DNA of 53,529 nt from Candidatus Sysuimicrobiota bacterium (lineage in GTDB: Bacteria > Sysuimicrobiota > Sysuimicrobiia > Sysuimicrobiales > Sysuimicrobiaceae), in NCBI GenBank assembly GCA_040289515.1, contig PSLI01000009.1, positions 1-53,529 on the forward strand, given 5' to 3'. Positions 1-9,012 of this stretch are shown in pieces; position 1 is the stretch's first letter; each line of letters begins with the position of its first letter. Under the pieces are notes generated by a model. That model made no database searches. It was not told where the DNA came from and saw nothing but the letters and a program-made list of their open reading frames with translations. A program made the translations under genes and the position numbers.

Positions 1-475
1 CCGCTGCTGCGACTGGCTCGCCAGCGTCGCCTCGCCGGAGAGCCTGGCACCGATACTGCCTCACCTCCTGCTGGGCCGTGGTCCGCGCCTGCAGGCCTGG
101 CAGCGCAGGGCGCTGGAGGGGGCCGCGGCCATGGTCGGAGGCCGCGAGGCACTCGGCTGGCGGATTCTGTGCGGCCTCGGCCCAGGCCTGACGCCCAGCG
201 GGGACGACTTCCTGTGCGGGTGGATGCTGGCCCGGTACGTAGCGGGCCTGCCCCGGGGAACACCGCGCCTGGAAGGCACAGGCCGCATCTCGCGCGCGTA
301 CCTGCGTGCCGCGGCTGCAGGTCAAGCTTCGGAGGCGTGGCACCACCTCGTGGCATCCCTGGCCGCGGGGGGGCCCTGGGAGCCTGCGGCAGAAGCGGCG
401 CTGCGTGCAGGGGAAACCTCCGGCGCGGACACCCTCACGGGCTTCCTTGCCGGGCTGCACCGCCTTCGGACCTGA
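1..475 (+). CDS. DUF2877 family protein (YlbF/YahE/AllH-like), 5' part outside window
   Basis: Frame open from base 2; motifs GLGPGLTPSGDDFLCG and GETSGADTLTG are typical of DUF2877. Confidence 0.85.
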   Translation, partial: RCCDWLASVASPESLAPILPHLLLGRGPRLQAWQRRALEGAAAMVGGREALGWRILCGLGPGLTPSGDDFLCGWMLARYVAGLPRGTPRLEGTGRISRAYLRAAAAGQASEAWHHLVASLAAGGPWEPAAEAALRAGETSGADTLTGFLAGLHRLRT

Positions 476-498
476 GGCCCCCGCTACCCCCGGGAGCG

Positions 499-504
499 TA
501 GAAT
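499..504 (+). promoter_or_regulatory. -10 box TAGAAT, 6 nt before the GTG start (leaderless-type promoter)
   Basis: TAGAAT-gggctt-GTG; no Shine-Dalgarno sequence between box and start. Confidence 0.55.
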
Positions 505-510
505 GGGCTT

Positions 511-1455
511 GTGGCGCAGCCGCTGCTCCTGGTGGCGAACCCGTACGCGGGCGGCGGGCGGATCGCGGAGGTGCTCCCCGTGATCACCCGCGTGCTCCGC
601 AGCCGCGGCGTCCCGTACGAGGTACAGGAAGCGGCAGGCTTCGACGCGCTGGCGGAGGTCGCGGAGCGGGGCAGCCGCGCGGGTTTCCCCGCCGTGGTAG
701 CGGTAGGGGGCGACGGCACCGTGAACGCGGTGGTGAACGGGGTCCTGCGGGCCGGCGGACGCAGCGCGGTGGGCATCGTGCCCGCGGGGACCGCCAACGA
801 GTTCGTGCGGGGGCTGCCCCTGCCCCGCAGCGTGCAGCGGGCCACGCAAGCCCTGGTGCACGCGCAGCCCGCGGACTTTGACGTGGCGGAGGCCAACGGC
901 CGCTTCTTCGCCAACGTCTTCGGGGTCGGGTTCGACGCCCGGGTCGCGGTGGGTGCCAACCGTCTCCGGGACCGGCGCATCCTGCGGGGCCGTGCGGTGT
1001 ACTTCCTCGCCAGCCTTCTGGAGCTGGTGAGCGGACGGGAGGCCCTAGAGGTGGAGGTCACCACGGAGTCCGAACGGTTCACGGGGCGCGTGCTGCTGGT
1101 GGCCGTGGTCAACGGCCGCATGTACGGGGAACGGGTCCCGTCCCTTCCTACCCCCAGCCTGCGGGACGGCCTGCTGGACCTGTACATCATCCAGGAGATG
1201 CGCCGCATGCGGTCGTTCAACGCGGCGCTGAAGATGATCCGTCGCTCGCCCATCCCCGAGATCGTGATCCAGCGCTGCCGGGAGGTCACCGTGCAGGCGG
1301 ACCGGGAGGTGGAGACGCACGTGGACGGCAACCCCATGGTGCGGACCCGCACCATCCGGGCCCGGGTCCTGCCCCGCGCCCTGCGGATCCTGCTGCCGCC
1401 CGAGTCCCTGCCCTGGAAGCCCGCGGAACGCGTCCTGGACGCCGTTCCCTGGTAG
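511..1455 (+). CDS. Diacylglycerol kinase family (YegS/DgkB-like) lipid kinase
   Basis: NPYAG, GGDGT, PAGTANEF and GVGFDA motifs. Confidence 0.9.
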   Translation: MAQPLLLVANPYAGGGRIAEVLPVITRVLRSRGVPYEVQEAAGFDALAEVAERGSRAGFPAVVAVGGDGTVNAVVNGVLRAGGRSAVGIVPAGTANEFVRGLPLPRSVQRATQALVHAQPADFDVAEANGRFFANVFGVGFDARVAVGANRLRDRRILRGRAVYFLASLLELVSGREALEVEVTTESERFTGRVLLVAVVNGRMYGERVPSLPTPSLRDGLLDLYIIQEMRRMRSFNAALKMIRRSPIPEIVIQRCREVTVQADREVETHVDGNPMVRTRTIRARVLPRALRILLPPESLPWKPAERVLDAVPW

Positions 1456-1458
1456 GCC

Positions 1459-2622
1459 ATGGATTGCACCGCCCGCCCCGGGGCTCCCTGCTTCCTCGTG
1501 CTGTCCGCCTCCTACGGCGGAGGCCACCAGCGCGTGGCGGAGGTGCTGGCGGCGCAGTGGCGCAGCGGCTTTCCGCAAGCGCAGGTGGACGTGGTGGACT
1601 TCTTCGAGCAGTTCGTAGACCCCGCCTTGAACCGCTTCACGCGGACCTTGTACGTGCGCAGCGTGCGCCACGCGCCGCGCCTGTGGGGTGCCTTCTACTA
1701 CGCCACAGGCAACATCCGGCCCGATTCAGCCACGCAGCGGTTCATCAACCGGCTGGGCAAGGCCCGGCTGCTGGCCTACCTGCACCAGCGCGCGCCCCAC
1801 GTGGTGGTCTCCGTGCACCCGACCCCCGCGGGATCCCTCTCCGAGCTCAAGGGGGAGGGGAAGGCCTCGCAGCCCTCCGCGGTGGTGCTCACGGACTACG
1901 CGGTGCACTCCCAGTGGATCCACCCCCACGTGGACCTGTACTGTGTGGCCTCTGAGGATGTGCGGGCGGGCCTGGTGGACCGGGGTGTCCCCGCGGCCAG
2001 GATCCGCGTCACGGGCATCCCGGTGGATCCCGCCTTCGCGGCCCCTCTGGACCGGCAGGCGGTCGCACGCCGTCTCGGCCTGGATCCCTCCCGCACCACG
2101 GTCCTCGTGATGGCGGGCGCGTACGCCATGCTGGGCGGCATCCTGGACGTGCACCGGGTGCTGATGAACCTGTCCCGGCGCGTGCAGGCGGTGTTCGTGT
2201 GCGGCCGGGACGAGGCCCTGGTGGAACGCCTGCGGCACCGCAGCCGCCGCCGGGCCGACTTTCACGTGCACGGGTTTGTGTCCAACGTGCACGAGTGGAT
2301 GGCCGCGGCGGACCTGCTCATCACCAAGGCCGGCGGGCTCACGGTGTCGGAAGCCCTGGTGCGGGAGCTGCCCATGGTCATCTACCGGCCCATCCCGGGC
2401 CAGGAGGAGTGGAACACGCGCATGCTGGCGGCCGCGGGCGCAGCGCGGGTGGCGCGCGATTTGGAGGACCTCCGGCGGGTGGTGGAGCATCTACTGGCCG
2501 AACCTGCGGCCTTGGAATCCATGCGCAGGGCCGCCCGGAGCCTGCGCCGGCCGCAGGCAGCCCGGGAGGCCGCACAGGCCATCGCCGGGCTTCTCCCGGA
2601 GGCGTTGCGGGGTGCGAGCTAG
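1459..2622 (+). CDS. MGDG synthase / UgtP(YpfP)-like diacylglycerol glycosyltransferase (GT28)
   Basis: SASYGGGH, TDYAVHSQW, ITKAGGLTVSEA and PGQEEWN motifs. Confidence 0.9.
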   Translation: MDCTARPGAPCFLVLSASYGGGHQRVAEVLAAQWRSGFPQAQVDVVDFFEQFVDPALNRFTRTLYVRSVRHAPRLWGAFYYATGNIRPDSATQRFINRLGKARLLAYLHQRAPHVVVSVHPTPAGSLSELKGEGKASQPSAVVLTDYAVHSQWIHPHVDLYCVASEDVRAGLVDRGVPAARIRVTGIPVDPAFAAPLDRQAVARRLGLDPSRTTVLVMAGAYAMLGGILDVHRVLMNLSRRVQAVFVCGRDEALVERLRHRSRRRADFHVHGFVSNVHEWMAAADLLITKAGGLTVSEALVRELPMVIYRPIPGQEEWNTRMLAAAGAARVARDLEDLRRVVEHLLAEPAALESMRRAARSLRRPQAAREAAQAIAGLLPEALRGAS

Positions 2623-3814
2623 CCGCACCTACCACGCACCGCTGGTGGGGCTGGTGGAGTGCGCCCGCGGGGCGCTCCTGTTCACCTTGTTGCCCAACCA
2701 CCTGCGGTTCGGTGTCGGGCACGGCATGTCCGTGGTGGGCCTGACCCTGTCCGTTTATTACGTGTCGGAGCTAACCCTGAAGGTGCTCTCGGGGTGGCTG
2801 GTGGATCGCTTCGGCCGTCGTCTGCCCGTGGCAAGCGGTTTGGCTCTGAGCCTTTTCGCCACCGCCCTGTTCGCCCGCGTGGAGTCCGTGTGGGGCCTCC
2901 TGCTGGCCGCGGCCGCAGGAGGCGCGGGAGCATCCCCTGTGTGGCCCGCAGTGGTCAGTGGTGTGGCGGACGCCACGGAGGACGGGGGCCGGGCGCGGGT
3001 CATGGGGGCCGTGTTTACCAGCTGGATGGTGGGCACCGGCGCGGGTTTCGTGCTGGCCAACTTCCTGCTGGAAGTCCACACCCTCGCCGCCTTCGGGCTG
3101 GTGGCCAGCTGTCAGCTCGCCGCCCTGGCCCTGGCCCGGCGGCTGGAGGCCGGACCCGGCGGCCACGTGCAGGAACAGCTGCGGGAGTCTGTACACGAGG
3201 TGGAGCTCACCGCGGCCCGCCTGTGGCCCCTGGTGGCGGGTATGGCGGCACAGACCATGGCCACAGGCATGCTGATGCCCAGCCTCTCCCCGTACGCCCG
3301 GGAGGTGCTGCACCTCACGCCCCTGTGGGTCGGGGTCCTGCTGCTGGCGGGGCCCGGGCTGACGGTGGCTCTGCTGGTCCCCCTGGGCCGTCTCATCGAC
3401 CGCCTGGACCGGATAGAGGTGCTTCCCGTGTGCATCGGCGTGGCTGCCGTAGTGCTGTTCGTGTTGCCCTTCTTCCGGTCCCTGTGGATCCTCATCCCCC
3501 TTGTGGCCATCCTGGGGCTCAGTTACGCGACCATGTTGCCCGCTTGGAATGCCCTGCTGATGGACCTGCTGCCCCCATCTCGCCGGGCCACCCTGCTGGG
3601 CCTGGCCATGTCCATCGAAGGTGTTGGCCTGAGCCTAGGGACAACTGCAGGCGGGATCCTGTGGGACGCCCTGGGCCCCGGTGCACCCTTCCACGCTGCG
3701 GGGCTGCTTCTCCTGCTGGTGGCGGGCAACTACCTCCTGCTGCTCCCCCGCAGCATGGAGGCCGCCCTGCGCCGCCGCAGCCCACCCGCCGGCCAGGAGG
3801 TACACGGGCAGTGA
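2612..3814 (+). CDS. MFS transporter, LtaA-like by context
   Basis: About 12 hydrophobic segments; MFS motif A GWLVDRFGRR; GTG at 2612 overlaps the end of the glycosyltransferase. Confidence 0.85.
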   Translation: MRASRTYHAPLVGLVECARGALLFTLLPNHLRFGVGHGMSVVGLTLSVYYVSELTLKVLSGWLVDRFGRRLPVASGLALSLFATALFARVESVWGLLLAAAAGGAGASPVWPAVVSGVADATEDGGRARVMGAVFTSWMVGTGAGFVLANFLLEVHTLAAFGLVASCQLAALALARRLEAGPGGHVQEQLRESVHEVELTAARLWPLVAGMAAQTMATGMLMPSLSPYAREVLHLTPLWVGVLLLAGPGLTVALLVPLGRLIDRLDRIEVLPVCIGVAAVVLFVLPFFRSLWILIPLVAILGLSYATMLPAWNALLMDLLPPSRRATLLGLAMSIEGVGLSLGTTAGGILWDALGPGAPFHAAGLLLLLVAGNYLLLLPRSMEAALRRRSPPAGQEVHGQ

Positions 3815-4542
3815 GGTCGTGGGCCTGGTGGGCAGCTCCCGCGGTGGCGCTCGGGTACACCGTGGGCGCTCAGCTGGCCGCCCGTGCTGGGCTGTCGGTG
3901 CGCAGGGGGCCCCCACGACCGCAGGTGGCGCTCACCTTTGATGACGGGCCGCACCCCGAGTACACGCTCCGGGTGGCGGAGGTGCTCCACCACCTTGGGG
4001 TGCGGGCCACCTTCTTCTTCGTGGGCCGGCACGCCCTGGAACTGGCGGACGTCGCACGCGAGGTGGCGCGCGCCGGCCACAGCCTGGGTAGCCACACCTT
4101 TAGCCACCCGCACCTGTGGGTTTTGAACCCCCGCGCCACGTGGAAGGAGGTGGCTGAAGGGGCCCGCGCGGTGCAGGAGGCCACCGGCCTGCCTGCCCGC
4201 TACTTCCGACCTCCGTGGGGGGCCTTCAACCTCGCGGCCCTGCTGGCCTGCCGACACCTGGGGTTGATACCGGTGCTGTGGACGGTGCGCGGGGAGGGCT
4301 ACCGGTGGAAGCCCACCCCGGAGGAGATGGTACAGGAGGTGGTGCGCCGCGCCCACCCGGGCGCGGTGGTGGACCTGCATGACCGGGGAGGGTTTCCCGA
4401 CACGCCCGCCCGCGTGCTTGCCGCCCTGCCCGGGATGGTGCAAGGGCTGCGCTCACGGGGGCTGGAGCCGGTCAGCCTAGACGAGCTGCTCGGGCCGCCG
4501 CACGGAGCCCGCACGATGGGTCCGGCCGTACAGCTCCACTAG
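3811..4542 (+). CDS. Polysaccharide deacetylase (NodB/CE4) with N-terminal hydrophobic anchor
   Basis: TFDDGP, HTFSHPH, RPPWG and DLHD motifs; AGGAGG RBS at 3795-3800; GTGA overlap. Confidence 0.9.
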   Translation: MRSWAWWAAPAVALGYTVGAQLAARAGLSVRRGPPRPQVALTFDDGPHPEYTLRVAEVLHHLGVRATFFFVGRHALELADVAREVARAGHSLGSHTFSHPHLWVLNPRATWKEVAEGARAVQEATGLPARYFRPPWGAFNLAALLACRHLGLIPVLWTVRGEGYRWKPTPEEMVQEVVRRAHPGAVVDLHDRGGFPDTPARVLAALPGMVQGLRSRGLEPVSLDELLGPPHGARTMGPAVQLH

Positions 4543-5076
4543 CCGTCGGCGCGAGATCCAGATCTGCCGCGCCCGCGACAGCCGCTCCCGGCCCGCGGTG
4601 CGCCGCGTGCCCTCCGGATGGTAATACCATACGAGAAAGCGCAGCCACGCGTTGAGCAGCAACCGTTGAATTCCGCCGGGCAGGTCCCGCACCTCCCATC
4701 CCAGGCGCTGGGCACCCTGCCAGTACAGGGTGGTGCCGAACACCGCCACCGCGGGGATCTGCGGGTTGTCCCGGAGGTACGCCGCCAGGGCTGCGAAGGC
4801 GTCCGTGAGCTGCCGCGCGAACTTCAAACCGACCCGCCGCGGATCCTCCGCCCCCCGGTGCAGCTGCTCCAGGCGCGCGTTGTCCACGTGCACCTCGGCC
4901 ACCGGGTCGCCCTCACGCACCACGGTGCCGTCCGACAGCGTCACGGTGGCGCCCCGGTGGGGGTGCAGCTGCAGCCGCAGCACGCAGTCGGGGGCGTAGT
5001 CGAACACTCCGTACCGACGGGCCCACCAGCCCTCGAACCACTGGAAAGCCACCCGCGGGATCAGGCGCTGCAGCAT
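4477..5076 (-). CDS. YkoP-like protein
   Basis: LRLQLHPHRGATVTLSDGTVVREGDPVAEVHVDN resembles the YkoP domain; adjacent to the deacetylase and glycosyltransferase. Confidence 0.7.
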   Translation of the reverse strand: MLQRLIPRVAFQWFEGWWARRYGVFDYAPDCVLRLQLHPHRGATVTLSDGTVVREGDPVAEVHVDNARLEQLHRGAEDPRRVGLKFARQLTDAFAALAAYLRDNPQIPAVAVFGTTLYWQGAQRLGWEVRDLPGGIQRLLLNAWLRFLVWYYHPEGTRRTAGRERLSRARQIWISRRRLVELYGRTHRAGSVRRPEQLV

Positions 5077-5121
5077 CGCCCTCAGTGTACACGCGGCGGC
5101 CCGGGGTCCGTCTGCCGGAGG

Positions 5122-6312
5122 TCACCCGAGCGCGACAGCACCCTGCCGGTGCAGGGTTTCCGCCTCCTCCTCCGTGTACCCCAGCTCCCGCAGCACCGCG
5201 CGGGTGTGCTGACCCAGCAGGGGCGGAGGCATGCGCACCGAGCCGGGTGTCTGCGAGAACTTCACGGGCACGCCCGTGACGGTGATCCGTCCGGCCCTGG
5301 GGTGCTCCACCTCCACCCGCATCTGCCGGTGCAGCGTTTGAGGGTCCTCGAACACCTCCCCCACGGTGTAGAGGGGGCCGTTGGGGACCCCTGCCGCGTC
5401 CAGAATCTGGGTCCACTCACGGGTGGTCCGGTGCCGGAAGCGTGCCTCCAGCAGGGGAATCAGCTCCGCGCGGTGGCGAACCCGGTCCGCGTTGGTGCGG
5501 AACCGGGGGTCTTCCGCCAGCTGCGGGTCCACCACATCACAGAACCGCCGCCAGATAGCCTCGCTGCCCACCGCCACGTTCAGGTAGCCGTCCTGCGTGC
5601 GGAACGCCTGGTACGGGCACAGGTTGGGGTGTGCGGAGCCCATCCGGGGCGGGTTCTGCCCGGTGGCGAAGTAGTTGGCCGCCGCGTACGTGAGCCACGC
5701 CACCTGGCCATCCAGCAGCGCCGCGTCCACCCACTGCCCCCGGCCCGTGCGGTCTCGCACCCGCAGGGCCGCCAGGATCCCGAACGCCGCGAACATCCCC
5801 GCGCAGATGTCCGCCACCGCCACACCCACCTTGACCGGGGGTCCCCCCTCCTCCCCCGTGATCCCCATGAGCCCTCCCATCCCCTGCAGGATCAGGTCGT
5901 AGGCAGGCTTCTCCCGGTACGGCCCGCTCTGCCCGAACCCGGAAATGGAGCAGTACACCAACCGGGGGTAGCGATCTCGCAGACGCGGGTAGTCCAGCCC
6001 CAGCCGCTCCATCACCCCGGGCCGGAAGTTCTCCACCAGCACGTCCGCCCGTTCCAGCAGCCGGTGCAGGACCTCCACCCCGCGGGGGTGCTTGAGGTTA
6101 AGCGCCACCGACTCCTTGTTGCGGTTCACGCTCAAAAAGTACGCGCTCTCGCCCTCCAAAAAAGGGGGCCCCCAGCCCCGGGTGTCGTCTCCTCCCTCCG
6201 GGGACTCCACCTTGATCACCCGGGCACCCAGGTCCGCCAGCATCATGGTGCAGTACGGCCCCGCCAGCGCCCGGGTAAGGTCCACGACCAGCAAATCCTC
6301 CAGGGGCTGCAC
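5122..6312 (-). CDS. CoA-transferase family III (CaiB/BaiF)
   Basis: DLTRALAGPYCTMMLADLGA, NRNKES, ENFRPG and catalytic VAD motifs. Confidence 0.95.
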   Translation of the reverse strand: MQPLEDLLVVDLTRALAGPYCTMMLADLGARVIKVESPEGGDDTRGWGPPFLEGESAYFLSVNRNKESVALNLKHPRGVEVLHRLLERADVLVENFRPGVMERLGLDYPRLRDRYPRLVYCSISGFGQSGPYREKPAYDLILQGMGGLMGITGEEGGPPVKVGVAVADICAGMFAAFGILAALRVRDRTGRGQWVDAALLDGQVAWLTYAAANYFATGQNPPRMGSAHPNLCPYQAFRTQDGYLNVAVGSEAIWRRFCDVVDPQLAEDPRFRTNADRVRHRAELIPLLEARFRHRTTREWTQILDAAGVPNGPLYTVGEVFEDPQTLHRQMRVEVEHPRAGRITVTGVPVKFSQTPGSVRMPPPLLGQHTRAVLRELGYTEEEAETLHRQGAVALG

Positions 6313-6313
6313 G

Positions 6314-7150
6314 CTACTCCCGCACAAAGGCTACGAAGCGGCAAAAGGCGGCCTCCCCGCCCTTAAACCGGAAGGGGAAGGCTCCCACCCACACGCGCCG
6401 GTTCAGGATCCGGTCGATGTCTCCGCCCACGTTTTCCACGTGGAACACCCCGCGCGGGAACAGTTTCGTGTGCGTGGCCTGATAATCCCGGGGCCACGGG
6501 AAGGCTTCCTCCAGGGACATCCCGATCTTTCGCTCCACGTCGGGGATCAGGTCCCGCCGGGCCTCCCGCACCTTGGTGTTGAAGGGGTGGTCAGTGGAGA
6601 TGGCGTCCACCGCTAGCCAGCGGATCTTCCGGTCCAGCACCCACTCGCAGAACTCGGCCCGGGGCCCCGGGTGCCGGAGGAAGGACCGGGGCAGGTCCGG
6701 CGCCGCGTCCGGGTGGTGCTGTCTGGTGTGGGGGGACCAGTCCTCGTTGTAGTAGGCGTGGTAGCCCGTGTGGATGACCAAAATGTCGTCGGGCTCGATG
6801 CGAATCCCCGTCCTCCGCTCCCACTCCTCGAAGTGCTGCGGCCCGTACACGTCGTAGTCCCCGATGCCGAACTGCTGCAGGTCCACGATGCAGGCAGGCC
6901 CCACCAGGTGCTCGATGGGAATCCCGGAGATGTCCGGGCCCGGATCGTAGAAGTGCAGGGGTGCGTCCAGGTGCGTGGCGATGTGGTTGGTGGTGGAGAT
7001 GTGCTGGGCGTTCACGCCCTCGAAGGCCATCTTCTTCACCCACTTGATGGTGGGACCGTCGTAATAGGCGAACGGTGGGGAGTCCATGCTGAAGTTCTGG
7101 GACAGGTCCAGGACGCGACAGCCCCGCAGGTCGAACAGTTCGAAGGCCAT
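6314..7150 (-). CDS. Cyclase family metal-dependent hydrolase (kynurenine formamidase-like)
   Basis: HIATHLDAPLHF metal motif, IHTGY, DAISTD and HVEN. Confidence 0.88.
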   Translation of the reverse strand: MAFELFDLRGCRVLDLSQNFSMDSPPFAYYDGPTIKWVKKMAFEGVNAQHISTTNHIATHLDAPLHFYDPGPDISGIPIEHLVGPACIVDLQQFGIGDYDVYGPQHFEEWERRTGIRIEPDDILVIHTGYHAYYNEDWSPHTRQHHPDAAPDLPRSFLRHPGPRAEFCEWVLDRKIRWLAVDAISTDHPFNTKVREARRDLIPDVERKIGMSLEEAFPWPRDYQATHTKLFPRGVFHVENVGGDIDRILNRRVWVGAFPFRFKGGEAAFCRFVAFVRE

Positions 7151-7204
7151 CCCTCTCACCTCCCGACGATGGAGTCCTTCGCTGCGCTGGAAAGCGTGGC
7201 GCCT

Positions 7205-8944
7205 TTAGGGCGCTTCCGGCACCTTCTCCGGACGCCGCAGCCGACGGGTGACACCTTCCCGCAGCTCCTCCAGCTCCTGCTGCAGGAGCACCTTCCAGTA
7301 CGTGCCCACCTGGCCCATGTGGCGGTAGCGCTGGTAGCGATCCCGCAGCAACCGGCGGGGAGCCTGCGCCTGCACCTCCCGCAGGGCGTCCACCAGGTGG
7401 TCCCGCAGCAACTCCGCCGCCCGCTGGGGGTCCGTGTGGGCTCCGCCCGGCGGCTCCGGCACCACCCGATCCACCACCCCCAGCCGCTTCAGGTCCGCGG
7501 AGGTCAACCGGAGAGTCTCGGCCACCTGCGGCGCCCGGCTCGCGTTCCTGTACAGGATCGCGGCTGCCCCCTCCGGCGAGATCACCGAGTAGATGGCGTG
7601 CTCCAGCATGAGCACGCGGTCCGCGGTGGCCAGGGCCAGAGCACCCCCGCTGCCACCCTCACCGATCACCACGGCCACCGTGGGTACCGGCAGCGCCACC
7701 ATGGTGGCCAGGCAATCCGCGATGGCCCCTGCCAGCCCCCGCCGCTCGGCCTCCGGTCCTGCGTACGCCCCGGGGGTATCCACCAGGGTGACCAGGGGCA
7801 GACGGAACTTGCTGGCCAGCCGCATGATCCGGCAGGCTTTCCGGAAGCCTTCGGGCATGGCCATGCCCCGCCGACGCTGAACCTGCTCTTCTTCCGTGCG
7901 GCCCCGCTCCTGCGCCACCACCAGTACCGTCTGGCCGTCCAGCTCACCCAGCCCCGCCACCACCGCTGGGTCATCCCCGGAGGTGCGATCGCCGTGCAGC
8001 TCCACGAACCCGTCGAACACCCGCGACAGGTAGTCCACGGAGGTGGGCCGGCCGACCCGGCGGGCCAGCTGCACCGTCTCCCACGCGGACAGCTGCGCGG
8101 GCTGCGCCAGGGGCGGTAGCTGCGGCCGCCCGGAGCGGCCTGCGGGTGCGGGCCGCAGGTGGCGTAGCAGGTAGCTCAGCACCCGCCGCTGCTGCCCGCG
8201 CGGGACGATCATGTCCACCAAGCCGTGCCGCAGAAGGGTCTCGGCCCGGTAGGCTTCCTCCAGGGCAGGCTCCCCAGTGGTCATCTCCACCACCCGGGGA
8301 CCCACGAAGCCCACCAGGGCTTCCGGCTCCGCCAGCAGCACATCCCCCCGCGCCCCGAAGGAAGCCGCCACCCCTCCGAAGGTGGGGTTGGTGAGCACCA
8401 CGATGTACGGCAGACCCGCCGCGTGGTGCTGGCCCGCCGCGGCTGCGGTCTTCGACATCTGCACCAGGGACAGCACCCCCTCCTGCATCCGCGCGCCCCC
8501 AGAGGCCGTCACCGCGATGACCGGAAGCCGCCTCCGGGTCGCTCCCTCGAAGGCCCGTGCCACCTTCTCCCCCGCCGCGGACCCCATGGTGCCACCCAGG
8601 AACCGGAAGTCGAATACCACCAGCACGAAGGGCTGGCCGTTCAGGGTGGCCTGCCCGGTGACTACGGCCTCCCGCAGCCCCGTAGCCTGCCGCGCCTCCG
8701 CCAGCCGCTCCCGGTACGGCCGCCGGTCCGCGAACCGCAGGGGGTCCACGGACGTAAGGCCCCTGTCCCACTCCCGGAAGGAGCGCGCATCCGCCAGCTG
8801 TGCGATCCGTTGCAGGGCGGGCATGGGCAGGTGCGTGTGGCAGCTGGGGCACACGTACAGGGACCCACCGAGGACCGCCTCCTCCAGTCGCAGGCCGCAC
8901 CGGGGGCAGCTCACGATTCCCGCGGGGGTCACCTCCGCTGTCAA
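7205..8944 (-). CDS. accD: Fused acetyl-CoA carboxylase carboxyltransferase beta+alpha (AccD-AccA)
   Basis: Zn finger CPRC..CPSC, GGTMGS, SGGARMQEG, then the alpha part with DTPGAY, GEGGSGGAL and YSVISPEG. Confidence 0.93.
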   Translation of the reverse strand: MTAEVTPAGIVSCPRCGLRLEEAVLGGSLYVCPSCHTHLPMPALQRIAQLADARSFREWDRGLTSVDPLRFADRRPYRERLAEARQATGLREAVVTGQATLNGQPFVLVVFDFRFLGGTMGSAAGEKVARAFEGATRRRLPVIAVTASGGARMQEGVLSLVQMSKTAAAAGQHHAAGLPYIVVLTNPTFGGVAASFGARGDVLLAEPEALVGFVGPRVVEMTTGEPALEEAYRAETLLRHGLVDMIVPRGQQRRVLSYLLRHLRPAPAGRSGRPQLPPLAQPAQLSAWETVQLARRVGRPTSVDYLSRVFDGFVELHGDRTSGDDPAVVAGLGELDGQTVLVVAQERGRTEEEQVQRRRGMAMPEGFRKACRIMRLASKFRLPLVTLVDTPGAYAGPEAERRGLAGAIADCLATMVALPVPTVAVVIGEGGSGGALALATADRVLMLEHAIYSVISPEGAAAILYRNASRAPQVAETLRLTSADLKRLGVVDRVVPEPPGGAHTDPQRAAELLRDHLVDALREVQAQAPRRLLRDRYQRYRHMGQVGTYWKVLLQQELEELREGVTRRLRRPEKVPEAP

Positions 8945-9012
8945 CCCGCCACCTCTTCTTCGGGCAAGTTCGGGACCACGGCCCTTCTCAGCTTACCACC
9001 CGCCTGGGGAAG

